Origin: Marispirochaeta sp.
GTDB taxonomy: Bacteria; Spirochaetota; Spirochaetia; JC444; Marispirochaetaceae
Length of the DNA: 64,000 nt
NCBI GenBank assembly: GCA_963676835.2
Contig: CAXXFF010000002.1
Span: forward strand, 672,001-736,000
Reading direction: 5' to 3'
In this document: in pieces, positions 39,924-50,101 of the stretch
Numbering within the stretch: the first letter of the stretch is position 1
Layout of the letters: every line of letters begins with the position of its first letter
Program-made: the position numbers and the translations under genes
The notes under the pieces: generated by a model
Told to the model about the DNA's origin: nothing
The model's input: only the letters and a program-made list of their open reading frames with translations
The model's database searches: none

Positions 39924-40571
39924 CTATCTGGTGAAATATGAGAGGAGTCCTCCCTTGTCTGCCGGACGGTGCCAGCGGCCCCAGGTTTTTGCATCTGCCT
40001 GGGAAGAAAACACAGTAACAAGTTCCTGGTAGAACTCTTCTCCTGCCTCCCGATGATCCTCATAACCCCTTATACGGATATTGCTGTCGCCGTATACCTG
40101 AAACAGGGCGCTGCCCATCTGCCGGACTGCTCCTTCCACTGCAGCCTCAAGGGATGGCCGTACAGTGGCAGGGTATCCTGCAAGAATGAGGGTAAGCTCC
40201 CCAGTGTTGTTGGTGTCATAATGGGCAAGTATTTCCTTGCAGATAAACATGGATCCCCTGAGGGCGGTATCGATGTGGATATCAATTATGGAACCGGGGA
40301 CCTGGTGCAGAGGCCGGGATTCTTCGCCGTGTTCTACCAGAAGATAGGTTTCATCCAGGATTATTCCTTCATTTTCCAGAGTAAGCAGTACATTCCGAGC
40401 GGAAATCGGTGAGCGGGGATTCCACGGCAGATGCCGGTATCCTTCCGCCTCTTCTGTTTCTTCCTCAACTGCAGGGGAGGCCAGAAACAGGGTGTCTCCC
40501 CGGTCAAGAAAGTAATTCAAAAGTACCGAAGGAAATGGATTCCGTCGTGAAATCAGAAGCGTTCTACCCAT
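39924..40571 (-). CDS. Hypothetical protein with a degenerate SDR/Rossmann-like fold
   Basis: TLLIS start, WNPRSPISARN and ID..L.GSMF..KE; no TGxxxGxG or YxxxK motif. Confidence 0.55.
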   Translation of the reverse strand: MGRTLLISRRNPFPSVLLNYFLDRGDTLFLASPAVEEETEEAEGYRHLPWNPRSPISARNVLLTLENEGIILDETYLLVEHGEESRPLHQVPGSIIDIHIDTALRGSMFICKEILAHYDTNNTGELTLILAGYPATVRPSLEAAVEGAVRQMGSALFQVYGDSNIRIRGYEDHREAGEEFYQELVTVFSSQADAKTWGRWHRPADKGGLLSYFTR

Positions 40572-40624
40572 AGATAAGGATAGTATCGCCTCTCACCTGC
40601 TCTGACAAGGTTTAGTATCCAAAT

Positions 40625-43600
40625 TTACTGATCCTGTGCGGGTATTCCTGCCAGACGGAGCAGCTCGGTAAACCGGTATCCTGACTCTTCCTCTATCTTC
40701 AGCCAGTAGTGAACCATGTCGAAAATTATATGAATTTCTCCGCAGAGATTTCCCTGATTCCTGCCGGTACACCTTACTGCGGTGGCAGCAAAAAGCCACC
40801 AGATCATATCTTCGAAGCGGTCCTTGTTAAACCAGACAATGTCGTTATAGCGGTTTACCAGCAGAAAGTCCTGAATCTCAGGCTCCTCAAGCATTTGGGG
40901 CAGGATCTCTTTTATCTGGTCACTTTCGTGCCAGCCGCTCCATTCGCTGACAAGTTTCACCAGCTTTACTGCATAATCTGCCTTGCCTTCATTAAGACCG
41001 GCTCCGCGAAAGACGTCTTTCATCGGCTGGCTCAGGTGGAGGTCGTTCATGAGTGACCAGGAGGCGCTTGCAGGGCTGCCGGTATGCAGCAGTGCCGCGA
41101 GCCCCTCGGTAAGAGACCAGGCGGCGAATACCGCCGGAGCTTCTTTACGCATTTCAAAGCCCCGCAGCAGATACCCCCGTGCTCCCGCCAGCTCTTCTTC
41201 TGCAGGATCGGTGTTGTCTATTCTGTGCAGGGCCGCAGCCAGCAGGCCTGAAGCAGACTGGCGTAGAACTTCGCCGGCCTTATTCAGGATCTCCTCGGTT
41301 GCTTTGGTATTTACTGTATCTGCGGCAGCAATAAGAAAACCCCGGTATTTCTTCTCCCAGGCGGTGAGGAAATTCTCCGGAGGAATTCTTTTATGCAGAA
41401 CTGCTTCTTTAAAAGTGAATATTACCTCTTCTGTCAGGGCCGATGTCAGGGCGCTGTGAAGAGGCAGCATATGCATAAGCCGGATTTCACGGTCTATATC
41501 TATACAGCCGGATCCGCCGAGGTGTTCTGCGAGGCTGCGGAATCGACCATCGTTTGTCTCGTCAGCAATACGCAGATCAAGGAAAACCTGGCATTCGTAA
41601 GGGCCCAGTACCGCCTGCAGTCCCTGGCGTACAATGGTGCGGCAATTGCGGACAAACTCAAGGTCTCTGCCATGGAGCCGCATGACCAGCCATTTTCTCG
41701 GATTATCGGGGATATTCAATGCTTCCCCCAGGGTACACTGGTGCAGGTCTTCACCGGAATTCTTCTGCCTGTAGGGGGCAGATATGCGTATGGTGCCTGC
41801 AGCAGGCTGACTGGAGTTGTTGTACAGAACCAGAGCGGAGGTTTCATCTCTTCGGTTGGTATAGGCGAAGACGTTGCGGTTGATACCAGTGGGGCTGATG
41901 AGCTCAAAGAGGGTAAAGTTTTCCGCCTCCGCAAACAGCGGCCTCAGCTTCAGGAGGGGAAAAATCTCTCTTTCATGGCGTTCCACAAGAGCCTTATCCG
42001 CTTTTTCATTCCGGTAGGATCTTCGATACTCCATTCCGTATTTTTCGGTAAATCCCTCAATCTGTCCGTGTCCGAACATCGGCAGTCCCGGCATGGTAAC
42101 CAGCATGGTGCAGATACCGAAATACTTATCACCTGTGCCGAACTGGGCGACTGCTGTATCCTCATCGGGGTTGTTCATGAAATTGACAAAGCGCTTGAGA
42201 ATTTCCGGATCAAATTCAAGGGTATTTTTAAGGGTCTGCTGATACTTTTCGTTTTCCTCGTTTTTCAGCATGTTCATGAAAGCGGAGTTGTAGACCCGGT
42301 GCATTCCCAGGGAACGGACGAAGTAGCCCTCCATCATCCAGAAGGCCTCTGCCAGAAGCAGGGTGCCCGGAACCTCAGCGGCTACCCGGTCTACCACATC
42401 CCGCCAGAACTCTGCCGGAAGAGCCCGGTTGAAGCTTTCTTCGGAAATAGCGTGTTCCGCCCGGGAGGGGACCGCGCCCCCTTTTCCCGGTTCCGGATAC
42501 CACAGTCTGCGGATGTGTTCCCGGGCAAGGGTCATGGCGGCATCGAAACGGATTATGGGAAAGTTCCTGGCTACCTGGAGAATTGTCTGAATGACCGCTT
42601 CACGGACTTCCGGGTTCAGGTAGTTGAGCTGGGCTGTGTCATTCCAGGGCATGTGGGTACCGTCATTCCCGTGATATATGTAGCGGACCCTTCCGCTGGA
42701 AAGATCCTCATGCCTGAATACCACGGCAGCATCGGTCTGATCGAAATAGTGATCTTCCAGATTGATCCGGAATCTGCTGTCGGGGGAGAGGTCCTCACCG
42801 CTGAATGTGTATGAAGGGTAGGGGGATGAGGGCAGCTGCAGGTAGTAGTCGGGATGGGCATAAATCCAGTCCGCATCCATGCCTGTGTGGTTGGGTACCA
42901 TGTCGCTTGCTATGCGGATACCATACTTGCCCGCCTTTATGCGCAGGGCTTCCAGGGCTTTCCAGCCCCCCAGTTCTTCGCTTATTTCATAGTTTTTCAG
43001 TGAGTAGGCGGAAGCCTCCGCGTCGGGATTGCCGCATAGATGCTTTATTCTCTTTGAGGCATCACTCCGCTGCCAGAGGCCGATAAGCCAGAGGGCGGTA
43101 AAGCCCCTGGAAGCCAGGGTTTCCAGCTCTTTATCCGGAATTTCATCCAGCCGGGTAAGGTTCCTGCTTTCTTTAAGGGAAATCTGATGCAGCCAGACCA
43201 GGGTATTTTTTGCAAGCATTATTACATTAGGCATCCATGACTGGTCTTCGCTGAATCCTTCCCGGTCATCCGGGGAGTAGACATAGGCGTGCTGTTCTCC
43301 GGGGCCGCCGCCGAACCAGGGGCGCTCCTCTTCTTCCAGTACCCCCAGGGTGCTCAGGAGATCGGTATACACATCTCCCCCGGCAAAAAGGGATGCCCAG
43401 CGGCTGCGGATATATTCGAGCTGGCTGCGGACGGATTCCGGGTGCAGGGTAAATGGGGTTCGCAGCAGAGTAAGTACTCCCGTATCTTTTGCAGCCAGTT
43501 TTTCGTCTGGAGAGAAAAGGGTTTCCGCTGCCTCTACTGCTTTCATGTAGTCTGTTGATTTTTTCAGTTCACCGTCATCTGCCAGCTCCCGGATTTTCTC

Positions 43601-44032
43601 CGCCGCCGGATTTTCGTTTATTAAAGCAGTGCAGAGAAGGTCCAGGATAAGTTCCTGCCCGGCGGGATGAGACTCTTCCCGGGGGGAAAAAATTTCCAGA
43701 AATCCTTTGGTAAGGCTTTCTGCGCTTTTTTTTCTATTCTCTGTCCCGGCAGAATCCGGCAGCAGTTTTACCAGTCCCTGACTGCTCAGATCTGATCCCG
43801 GTTTGAGAAACATATGCAGCAGGGTGCGGTAGATGCGGTCAAGCATGGCAAGACCGTAGAGCTCCGCTCCCCGCAGGCTCTTTTCCGGTTCTGCCGCCGT
43901 GCGGTTTATGCTGTTTACCTTGTGACTGATGGTTCGCGCCGCATTGAAGGTGGAGAGATCAATCCTTCCCCGCGAATCCAGCAGGCTATGGTCGAGGCTG
44001 AATTTTTCCCTGGCAGATCGCCGTATTATCAC
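40625..44032 (-). CDS. Large alpha-amylase family (GH13) glycosidase
   Basis: DMVPNH, IRFDAAM, LLAEAFW, FMNNPDE and PGLPMFGHGQ. Confidence 0.9.
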   Translation of the reverse strand: MIIRRSAREKFSLDHSLLDSRGRIDLSTFNAARTISHKVNSINRTAAEPEKSLRGAELYGLAMLDRIYRTLLHMFLKPGSDLSSQGLVKLLPDSAGTENRKKSAESLTKGFLEIFSPREESHPAGQELILDLLCTALINENPAAEKIRELADDGELKKSTDYMKAVEAAETLFSPDEKLAAKDTGVLTLLRTPFTLHPESVRSQLEYIRSRWASLFAGGDVYTDLLSTLGVLEEEERPWFGGGPGEQHAYVYSPDDREGFSEDQSWMPNVIMLAKNTLVWLHQISLKESRNLTRLDEIPDKELETLASRGFTALWLIGLWQRSDASKRIKHLCGNPDAEASAYSLKNYEISEELGGWKALEALRIKAGKYGIRIASDMVPNHTGMDADWIYAHPDYYLQLPSSPYPSYTFSGEDLSPDSRFRINLEDHYFDQTDAAVVFRHEDLSSGRVRYIYHGNDGTHMPWNDTAQLNYLNPEVREAVIQTILQVARNFPIIRFDAAMTLAREHIRRLWYPEPGKGGAVPSRAEHAISEESFNRALPAEFWRDVVDRVAAEVPGTLLLAEAFWMMEGYFVRSLGMHRVYNSAFMNMLKNEENEKYQQTLKNTLEFDPEILKRFVNFMNNPDEDTAVAQFGTGDKYFGICTMLVTMPGLPMFGHGQIEGFTEKYGMEYRRSYRNEKADKALVERHEREIFPLLKLRPLFAEAENFTLFELISPTGINRNVFAYTNRRDETSALVLYNNSSQPAAGTIRISAPYRQKNSGEDLHQCTLGEALNIPDNPRKWLVMRLHGRDLEFVRNCRTIVRQGLQAVLGPYECQVFLDLRIADETNDGRFRSLAEHLGGSGCIDIDREIRLMHMLPLHSALTSALTEEVIFTFKEAVLHKRIPPENFLTAWEKKYRGFLIAAADTVNTKATEEILNKAGEVLRQSASGLLAAALHRIDNTDPAEEELAGARGYLLRGFEMRKEAPAVFAAWSLTEGLAALLHTGSPASASWSLMNDLHLSQPMKDVFRGAGLNEGKADYAVKLVKLVSEWSGWHESDQIKEILPQMLEEPEIQDFLLVNRYNDIVWFNKDRFEDMIWWLFAATAVRCTGRNQGNLCGEIHIIFDMVHYWLKIEEESGYRFTELLRLAGIPAQDQ

Positions 44033-47000
44033 TGCTGCTTCTCCGTCCGGCGGATCCGGTGTTCGCTGTTTTCTTCAGCAGCAGTTTTTGCCTGTTCTGT
44101 CCTGCTTTTTTCTTCCAGCTCTCTGGCGTTGATGATCAGCATCTGCAACCGGTTTTCAACGTTGGCAAGGCTTGTGTCGGGGTCAAAATCGAGGGAGAGA
44201 ATCTGAATATGGGGCAGTCTCTTTTTAACGGATTTTATTATTCCCCGGCCGGTAATATGGTTGGGAAGACAGCCGAAGGGCTGGATTATTATAAATGAGT
44301 TTACCCCTTTGGAGGACTGCTCGATGATATCCGCCGGAATAAGCCAGCCTTTACCGGAGTTGAAGACCTTGTCCACCAGGCCGTCTACATGCTTTGCCAG
44401 ATCGTGGTAGCGGTCTTTCTGTTCATAGAAGCGGAAATTCCGGTTGATCTCTTCAATAGTATCCAGACCGGTATCGATTAGATGGTCGGTTATTAAGGTC
44501 TGGACTGTTTCTGCGAAGGGAAAATGGACATAGAAGCGGCGCATGGACTCTTTTATGGTGGCTGCATCTTTCTTGAACACATCGATCATGGGGGGCATTA
44601 CCACTTCCATGCCGTTGTCTTCAAGGTACTGCTCAATGTGGGCGTTGGAAACGGGGTGATAGTTTATGAGGATTTCTCCGATAACAAAAACCCGGGGTTT
44701 TCTCTCACTGCTCTTTAACGGTATTGCGTTAAAGGCGTCTACGGCGTTTCTGTATTCCTTTAACACGTTGCCGATTCCCTTTACGTAGGCTTCGCCTATG
44801 CGTTCCAGGCAGTGGCGATGCACCCGGTCGGTTTCACCTTTGTGTTCTTCGTAGGGGCGGATTCTGCGGGCCATGGCATCGATTCCGTCACCCACAAATA
44901 TGGCCCAGACCTCACGGTAGAGAAAGCTCAGGCCCAGTTTAAGGCCGGGATGCATTCCCGCTTTATCCTTTCCGGTGGTAATTATAGGAACATCCTTGTA
45001 GCCCGCATCGTCCAGGGCCTTCCGGGCCACTGCGGCATACTGAGCCAGACGGCAGTCGCATTCTGCGTGGGCCAGACCCAGGGCGTAATCCTCGGGCTTT
45101 CCGGATTTCTCAATATAATCCAGGGCTTCGCCTATATTGAGCTGGGCGGGGAAACACATGTCGTTATGTACATATTTCTTTCCCAGCTCCACCGCCCGGG
45201 GGCTTGCCAGCGGCAGGGGCTGGGCTTTGTATCCTTCCCTGCGCAGGACTGCACTGGTGAGGTGAGTAAAGGTCGGACTCAGATTGGGGACAAGGATGGT
45301 TTTCTCTTTGCGGTGTGCCTTGTTGTATTTGGCCGCATAGGGGTGAGAGAGCTCACCTTTTTTTGATCCGGCTTCTTCCTGAAGGCGCTGCCGTTTGGCC
45401 CGTACGGTCTCTATAAAGGATTTCACCCGTATATTGAGGGGCCCCGGAACATCCGATTCATCAAGCTTGAGAATGAGGGGGTCCTTGCCGCCGATCTCTT
45501 TCATAATGCGGATAATTTCGTCGGATATTACCGCATCATGGCCGCAGCCGAAGCTGACAATCTGGGCAAGCTCAAGGGCAGGGTGCTCCGCCGCCGCCAG
45601 GGCGGCCTCAAACATGCGTACATGGAAGTTGATAACCGTTTCGCCCCGCACCCGGGAGATATCCACCTCGTTGAATCCGGGGAGGCTGTCCAGGGTAAGG
45701 ACGGGAATATTCTGACGGGTAAAGAAGCGGGAAAGATCGTGGTTTACCAGGAAGTCATTATGATAGGGACGCCCTGCAAGAACCACGGCGAAGGTGCCGT
45801 TTTTCTCTGCCTCTTCGAGGATGGCTGTGCCTTCAGCCTGCATGGTGTCCTGAAACTCCTGCTGGGCCCGGTCCGCCTCGGCAATTGCCTGTTTTACCGT
45901 GGCAAAGGGAATATTGAAGGTGGAGGCAAAGTAGTCCCGAAGCTGTTTGTTTCTGGAGTTTTTATCGTACCAGTGAAAAGCGGGTGTATCCATGGGGATG
46001 CCGTGGAGGGCTTCCGGTTCATGACTCTCTTTGAGAATGAGAGGGTAGCCCTGCACTACCGAGCAGAGATAGTTGCTCACTGCCCCGCGGTTTTCGGACT
46101 CCACCCGCAGCATCATGGGCATGAAGATGCGGTCCACTTTTTTATCCAGCAGATCCAGCAGGTGTCCGTGGGCAACCTTGCCGGGGAAACAGGCCGTATC
46201 GGAGGGGACAAACTTCAGTCCCTCTTCATAGCGTTTCTGGCTGCTTTCTGCGGAGAGGCTGATTTTAAAACCCAGGGAGGTGAAAAGGCTGTTCCAGAAG
46301 GGCATGCTATTCCAGAACTCCAGTACCCGGGGGATTCCTATGGTGTATTCCTTGGGGGGGCTTAAGGGCCTTGGATTATAATCGGCAAAAACCAGTTCCC
46401 TGCGGCGGCGCATCATATCCGGAACTGAATTGAGCTTTCTTCCTGCAGCTTTGAGTTTCTGCCGTACTTCAGGATCTTTCGCATCGCCGATTATTTCTCC
46501 CCGTTCACAGCGGTTGCCGGTAACAAAGGTTGAACCGTCGGCAAAGGTAACCAGCGTACGGCTGCAGTTGTTGGAGCAGAAGGGACAGATGTAACCCGGC
46601 TCCTTGGTAAAGGTAAAACTACCAAGGCCTTCCCGTCCGATAAAGGATGACGCTCCCGGATATTTCAGTTTCTCTTTTTTGGTAAGCAGGGCAATTCCGA
46701 TGGCTCCCATTTCGCCGGGAAAAGGTGCCCGGGTTATGGTTTTGCCCGAATACTGTTCAAAGGCACGGAGGACCGCATCATTCTTGAAGGTTCCCCCCTG
46801 CACTACCAGGGAATCTCCCAGGGAATCAAGGTTGGCGACCCGGATAACCTTGGTAAAGACATTCTCTATGATTGATTTGCAGAGTCCCGCCATAATGTCA
46901 TCGGGACTCTTGCCGTTTTTCTGCTCCGTAATGATGGATGAGTTCATGAAGATGGTACACCGGGAACCCAGCTTGGCTGGTGCCTCGGAACTGAAGGCTT

Positions 47001-48468
47001 TTTCCGCAATCTCCTGTACGGGAATCTCCAGGGAGTTGGCGTAGGTTTCAATAAAGGATCCGCAGCCGGCGGAACAGGCCTCATTCAGCACAATGCCGGT
47101 AACAATGCCGCCGGCAAGACTGATTGCCTTCATATCCTGGCCGCCGATGTCCAGAATAAAGCTGGCGTCGGGGCGGTATTTAACTGCGGCCTCCGCGTGG
47201 GATACAGTTTCCACGGTATGATAGTCCGCCCGGAAGGCGGCGGCAAAAAGGCCTTCGCCGTAACCGGTGGTTCCGGCACCAAGAATTTTTAAGGTTATGC
47301 CCTTTTCTTCATAATGGTTAAAACACTGGTTCAGGCCCATGCGGATTATGTTCAGGGGGTCACCATTGTTAGGCGAGTAAAAGCGGTAGACCACCTCTTC
47401 TTCCTCGTTGAGCAGAACAAACTTGGAAGTGGTGGAGCCTGCATCAATGCCAAGATAGACTGGGAGTTCTGTTTCCTGAGGGTATTCCGGCGGCTGAAAC
47501 TCCGGAGCGGGGTGTCGCTTGTGAAAAGCTTCTTTTTCAGCTGCTGATGCAAACAGCGGTGCCGCTTCATAATCGCCGGCATCGGCGTAATCCCCCTGGG
47601 GACGGGCCAGAGCCTTCATGGCGGCAGTCTCGTCGTAGCGGTTTTCAGCTCTGTCGAACATAACTCCCACAGAGAGGGCGGTACCGTAGGCAACGATAAC
47701 CTCAGGACGGTCGGGGAGGATTATCTGGTTTTCTTCCAGGCCGAGACGTTCGGCGAAGACCCGGATCAGCATGGGGTTGAAGGTGAGGGGGCCGCCTTCG
47801 AAGATTACCGGCGGAACTATTTCCATTCCCTGAGCAAGGCCGCCGATGGTCTGTTTGGCAATGGCATGAAAGGTGGAGAGGGCAATGTCCTCCCGGGATA
47901 CTCCCTGATTCAGCAGGGGCTGGATATCGGTTTTTGCAAAAACCCCGCAGCGTCCGGAAATTGGATAGACCGTTTTTCCCCGTTCGGCATAGCTGTTGAA
48001 CTCCGTGGAGGTAATCTTCAGCAGGCTGGCTACTTCGTCTATAAAGGCTCCTGTGCCGCCGGCACAGGAGCCGTTCATACGCATGTCCGATGCCATCAGC
48101 TGGCCGGAGTGCTGGTCATGATGAAAGAAAACCACCTTTGCATCCTGGCCGCCCAGCTCTATGGCTACCCGGGTATCGGGAAAAAATTCCCGGATTGCCA
48201 GGGAGTTGGCTACAACTTCCTGGATGTAATGGGCTTCGATGGCTTTGGCTATGATTCTTCCGCCGGAGCCGCAGACGGCAACATTAAAGCGGGCATCGGG
48301 AAATTTATCGTGGGCTTCCGCCAGCAGTTCCCGGGCACAGGCGGATTGTTTGGCTCCGTGACGGCGGTAGACTGCGTGCAGCAGTTTTCGGGTTTCCGGT
48401 TCTATTACGGCTATTTTCAGGGTAGTGGAGCCGACATCAATACCGGCCCATAGAGTATCAGGATTCAT
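44029..48468 (-). CDS. 2-hydroxyacyl-CoA dehydratase activase-related fusion (2 x BadF/BcrA ATPase + DUF2229 + HgdD-like)
   Basis: GIDVGSTT..CAGGTG, GIDAGSTT..CSAGCG, CFPGKVAHGH, SFGCGHD and QPFGCLPNH. Confidence 0.92.
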   Translation of the reverse strand: MNPDTLWAGIDVGSTTLKIAVIEPETRKLLHAVYRRHGAKQSACARELLAEAHDKFPDARFNVAVCGSGGRIIAKAIEAHYIQEVVANSLAIREFFPDTRVAIELGGQDAKVVFFHHDQHSGQLMASDMRMNGSCAGGTGAFIDEVASLLKITSTEFNSYAERGKTVYPISGRCGVFAKTDIQPLLNQGVSREDIALSTFHAIAKQTIGGLAQGMEIVPPVIFEGGPLTFNPMLIRVFAERLGLEENQIILPDRPEVIVAYGTALSVGVMFDRAENRYDETAAMKALARPQGDYADAGDYEAAPLFASAAEKEAFHKRHPAPEFQPPEYPQETELPVYLGIDAGSTTSKFVLLNEEEEVVYRFYSPNNGDPLNIIRMGLNQCFNHYEEKGITLKILGAGTTGYGEGLFAAAFRADYHTVETVSHAEAAVKYRPDASFILDIGGQDMKAISLAGGIVTGIVLNEACSAGCGSFIETYANSLEIPVQEIAEKAFSSEAPAKLGSRCTIFMNSSIITEQKNGKSPDDIMAGLCKSIIENVFTKVIRVANLDSLGDSLVVQGGTFKNDAVLRAFEQYSGKTITRAPFPGEMGAIGIALLTKKEKLKYPGASSFIGREGLGSFTFTKEPGYICPFCSNNCSRTLVTFADGSTFVTGNRCERGEIIGDAKDPEVRQKLKAAGRKLNSVPDMMRRRRELVFADYNPRPLSPPKEYTIGIPRVLEFWNSMPFWNSLFTSLGFKISLSAESSQKRYEEGLKFVPSDTACFPGKVAHGHLLDLLDKKVDRIFMPMMLRVESENRGAVSNYLCSVVQGYPLILKESHEPEALHGIPMDTPAFHWYDKNSRNKQLRDYFASTFNIPFATVKQAIAEADRAQQEFQDTMQAEGTAILEEAEKNGTFAVVLAGRPYHNDFLVNHDLSRFFTRQNIPVLTLDSLPGFNEVDISRVRGETVINFHVRMFEAALAAAEHPALELAQIVSFGCGHDAVISDEIIRIMKEIGGKDPLILKLDESDVPGPLNIRVKSFIETVRAKRQRLQEEAGSKKGELSHPYAAKYNKAHRKEKTILVPNLSPTFTHLTSAVLRREGYKAQPLPLASPRAVELGKKYVHNDMCFPAQLNIGEALDYIEKSGKPEDYALGLAHAECDCRLAQYAAVARKALDDAGYKDVPIITTGKDKAGMHPGLKLGLSFLYREVWAIFVGDGIDAMARRIRPYEEHKGETDRVHRHCLERIGEAYVKGIGNVLKEYRNAVDAFNAIPLKSSERKPRVFVIGEILINYHPVSNAHIEQYLEDNGMEVVMPPMIDVFKKDAATIKESMRRFYVHFPFAETVQTLITDHLIDTGLDTIEEINRNFRFYEQKDRYHDLAKHVDGLVDKVFNSGKGWLIPADIIEQSSKGVNSFIIIQPFGCLPNHITGRGIIKSVKKRLPHIQILSLDFDPDTSLANVENRLQMLIINARELEEKSRTEQAKTAAEENSEHRIRRTEKQQ

Positions 48469-48842
48469 GTATCCCTCTTTTCAGACAGATTTACGTTTAT
48501 CATGCTTCGGTTTGAGCGAAGCCCAGGATGTTCGAATAGAGTATGTTGATACTGAAAAGGTAGTGATTTATTGCCTCTTTGTCGACACTTTGGCAGGTAT
48601 ATAGGTTGATTATCCAATTCCCCCGGTTGTGGAAGGTGGTTCTACAACATCTACGGCGCTCAGCAGAAGTTGGCCCAAACACTGCTTTCAAGTAGTGATA
48701 AGCAATTGGGTGCTGTTCTTTTGCAAAACAGACGAAGGCATTGCTGGTGGGAACCTTTATGCCTGTTCTATAATTGTATTTCACCAGAGTTGCAAGAAAT
48801 AACTTTGGGCTGGTTATTGTTGTATATAGAATATTAAGCTAC

Positions 48843-49223
48843 TTAGTGCTTTAAGAGCATGTTTTTCAAAATATAAATAAGAAACCAAAAATTATATATA
48901 ATATTGTATGCAATAAAGCCGTTATAATACTCATTCCTTGAATACTTAAGCGGAAAAGCCTCCATAATTTTCCCCACTGCAATAACTCGCGCCTTTCGTT
49001 CGATTGATTCTGGTGGTAATTCTAATAGACGATCAAGATGTTTATCATTCACATGGCATGAAAGGGTAAAAGCAAGCTTTTCAAGAATATTATTTGGTGG
49101 TGGTGATTCGTGCTGTGGAATTTCGCCGGCCATAACCCCGTCAATCATTTTGTTGAAAAGAACCGTTTTATAATCAATGTCATCATTCTCAGAAGAATCA
49201 GATGTCTGCTTATCGTCTGCCAT
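48843..49223 (-). CDS. Hypothetical protein (AT-rich island)
   Basis: ORF only; no motif recognised. Confidence 0.45.
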   Translation of the reverse strand: MADDKQTSDSSENDDIDYKTVLFNKMIDGVMAGEIPQHESPPPNNILEKLAFTLSCHVNDKHLDRLLELPPESIERKARVIAVGKIMEAFPLKYSRNEYYNGFIAYNIIYNFWFLIYILKNMLLKH

Positions 49224-49472
49224 AACCAACCTGCAAATTAATATATGATAGAAACTGTAAACCATCGTAATTACAAATTATATACATCATAGCCTTTTAA
49301 AACTAATAGAAGAAAACTAAATTATTTTTATCAATTTGGAACAGTTATTGTATATTATAATCAAAGATTAAATTTGCAACAGGGCTTTGAACGATCTTGA
49401 TAAATTGTTTCGAATGTCTCTGTTGTTGACTTTTGAGGATTTATAATCATAAAATATGACTATGGCTATATA

Positions 49473-50009
49473 ATGGTAATTGTAATCAAAGAGAAAATAA
49501 AAGAGATTATTGAAAGGAACTCTGATTTATTGGTTATTCCAATCCGCCAAAGAGCAAAATTTGAAGGGTGGTTAAAGTTTGAGCTGGCTCGAATCCTAAG
49601 AAATAATGATTTTCAAGATGTTAGAGTAGAGCAGATGTATGGCAGTAGTCGAAAAAGATCTGATGTTTCATTTTGTAAAGGTGATACGGTTTACCATATT
49701 GAACTGAAAACTCCTAACACAAACTTTAAGCATGTAGCAATAGAAAGTAAGCGGAGGCCTATTACCAAGAATATTGATGCAATAATAAGTGATACGGAAA
49801 AATTACGTGTAGAAAAAGTAAAAGGAATTATTGCTTTTGTACTTTTTCCAATTAATGAAAATAGTGATGCTTGGAAAAAATATATTGAAAAAATTGAAGA
49901 CGCAGTTGACCTCCCTATGATTCTTACTAAACATTGTGAAATTTTAAAAATTAATATAGCAAATAACGTTTTTGCAAATATTGTCGTTTGTGTTTATGCG
50001 ACATATTAG
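49473..50009 (+). CDS. Hypothetical protein, possible PD-(D/E)XK nuclease fold
   Basis: FEGWL..EL ... E ... RSDV ... IELKT arrangement. Confidence 0.5.
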   Translation: MVIVIKEKIKEIIERNSDLLVIPIRQRAKFEGWLKFELARILRNNDFQDVRVEQMYGSSRKRSDVSFCKGDTVYHIELKTPNTNFKHVAIESKRRPITKNIDAIISDTEKLRVEKVKGIIAFVLFPINENSDAWKKYIEKIEDAVDLPMILTKHCEILKINIANNVFANIVVCVYATY

Positions 50010-50101
50010 ATTAATGAGAAATAAATTCTCATCAGCGTATATTTTTGTTTAGGTGTTTAAGCGCCTAATTGTTAATAATGATATTCCGGTGTGAGGTAGT
50101 A

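Noticed and set aside
41393..42814. Long antisense ORFs (473 aa here; also 1342-2436, 28391-29224 and 45538-46365)
   Set aside because: Shadows of well-supported genes on the opposite strand, with no protein motifs.
48500..48784. 94-aa ORF on the minus strand
   Set aside because: No motif or RBS; it overlaps the inverted-repeat element and is probably non-coding.
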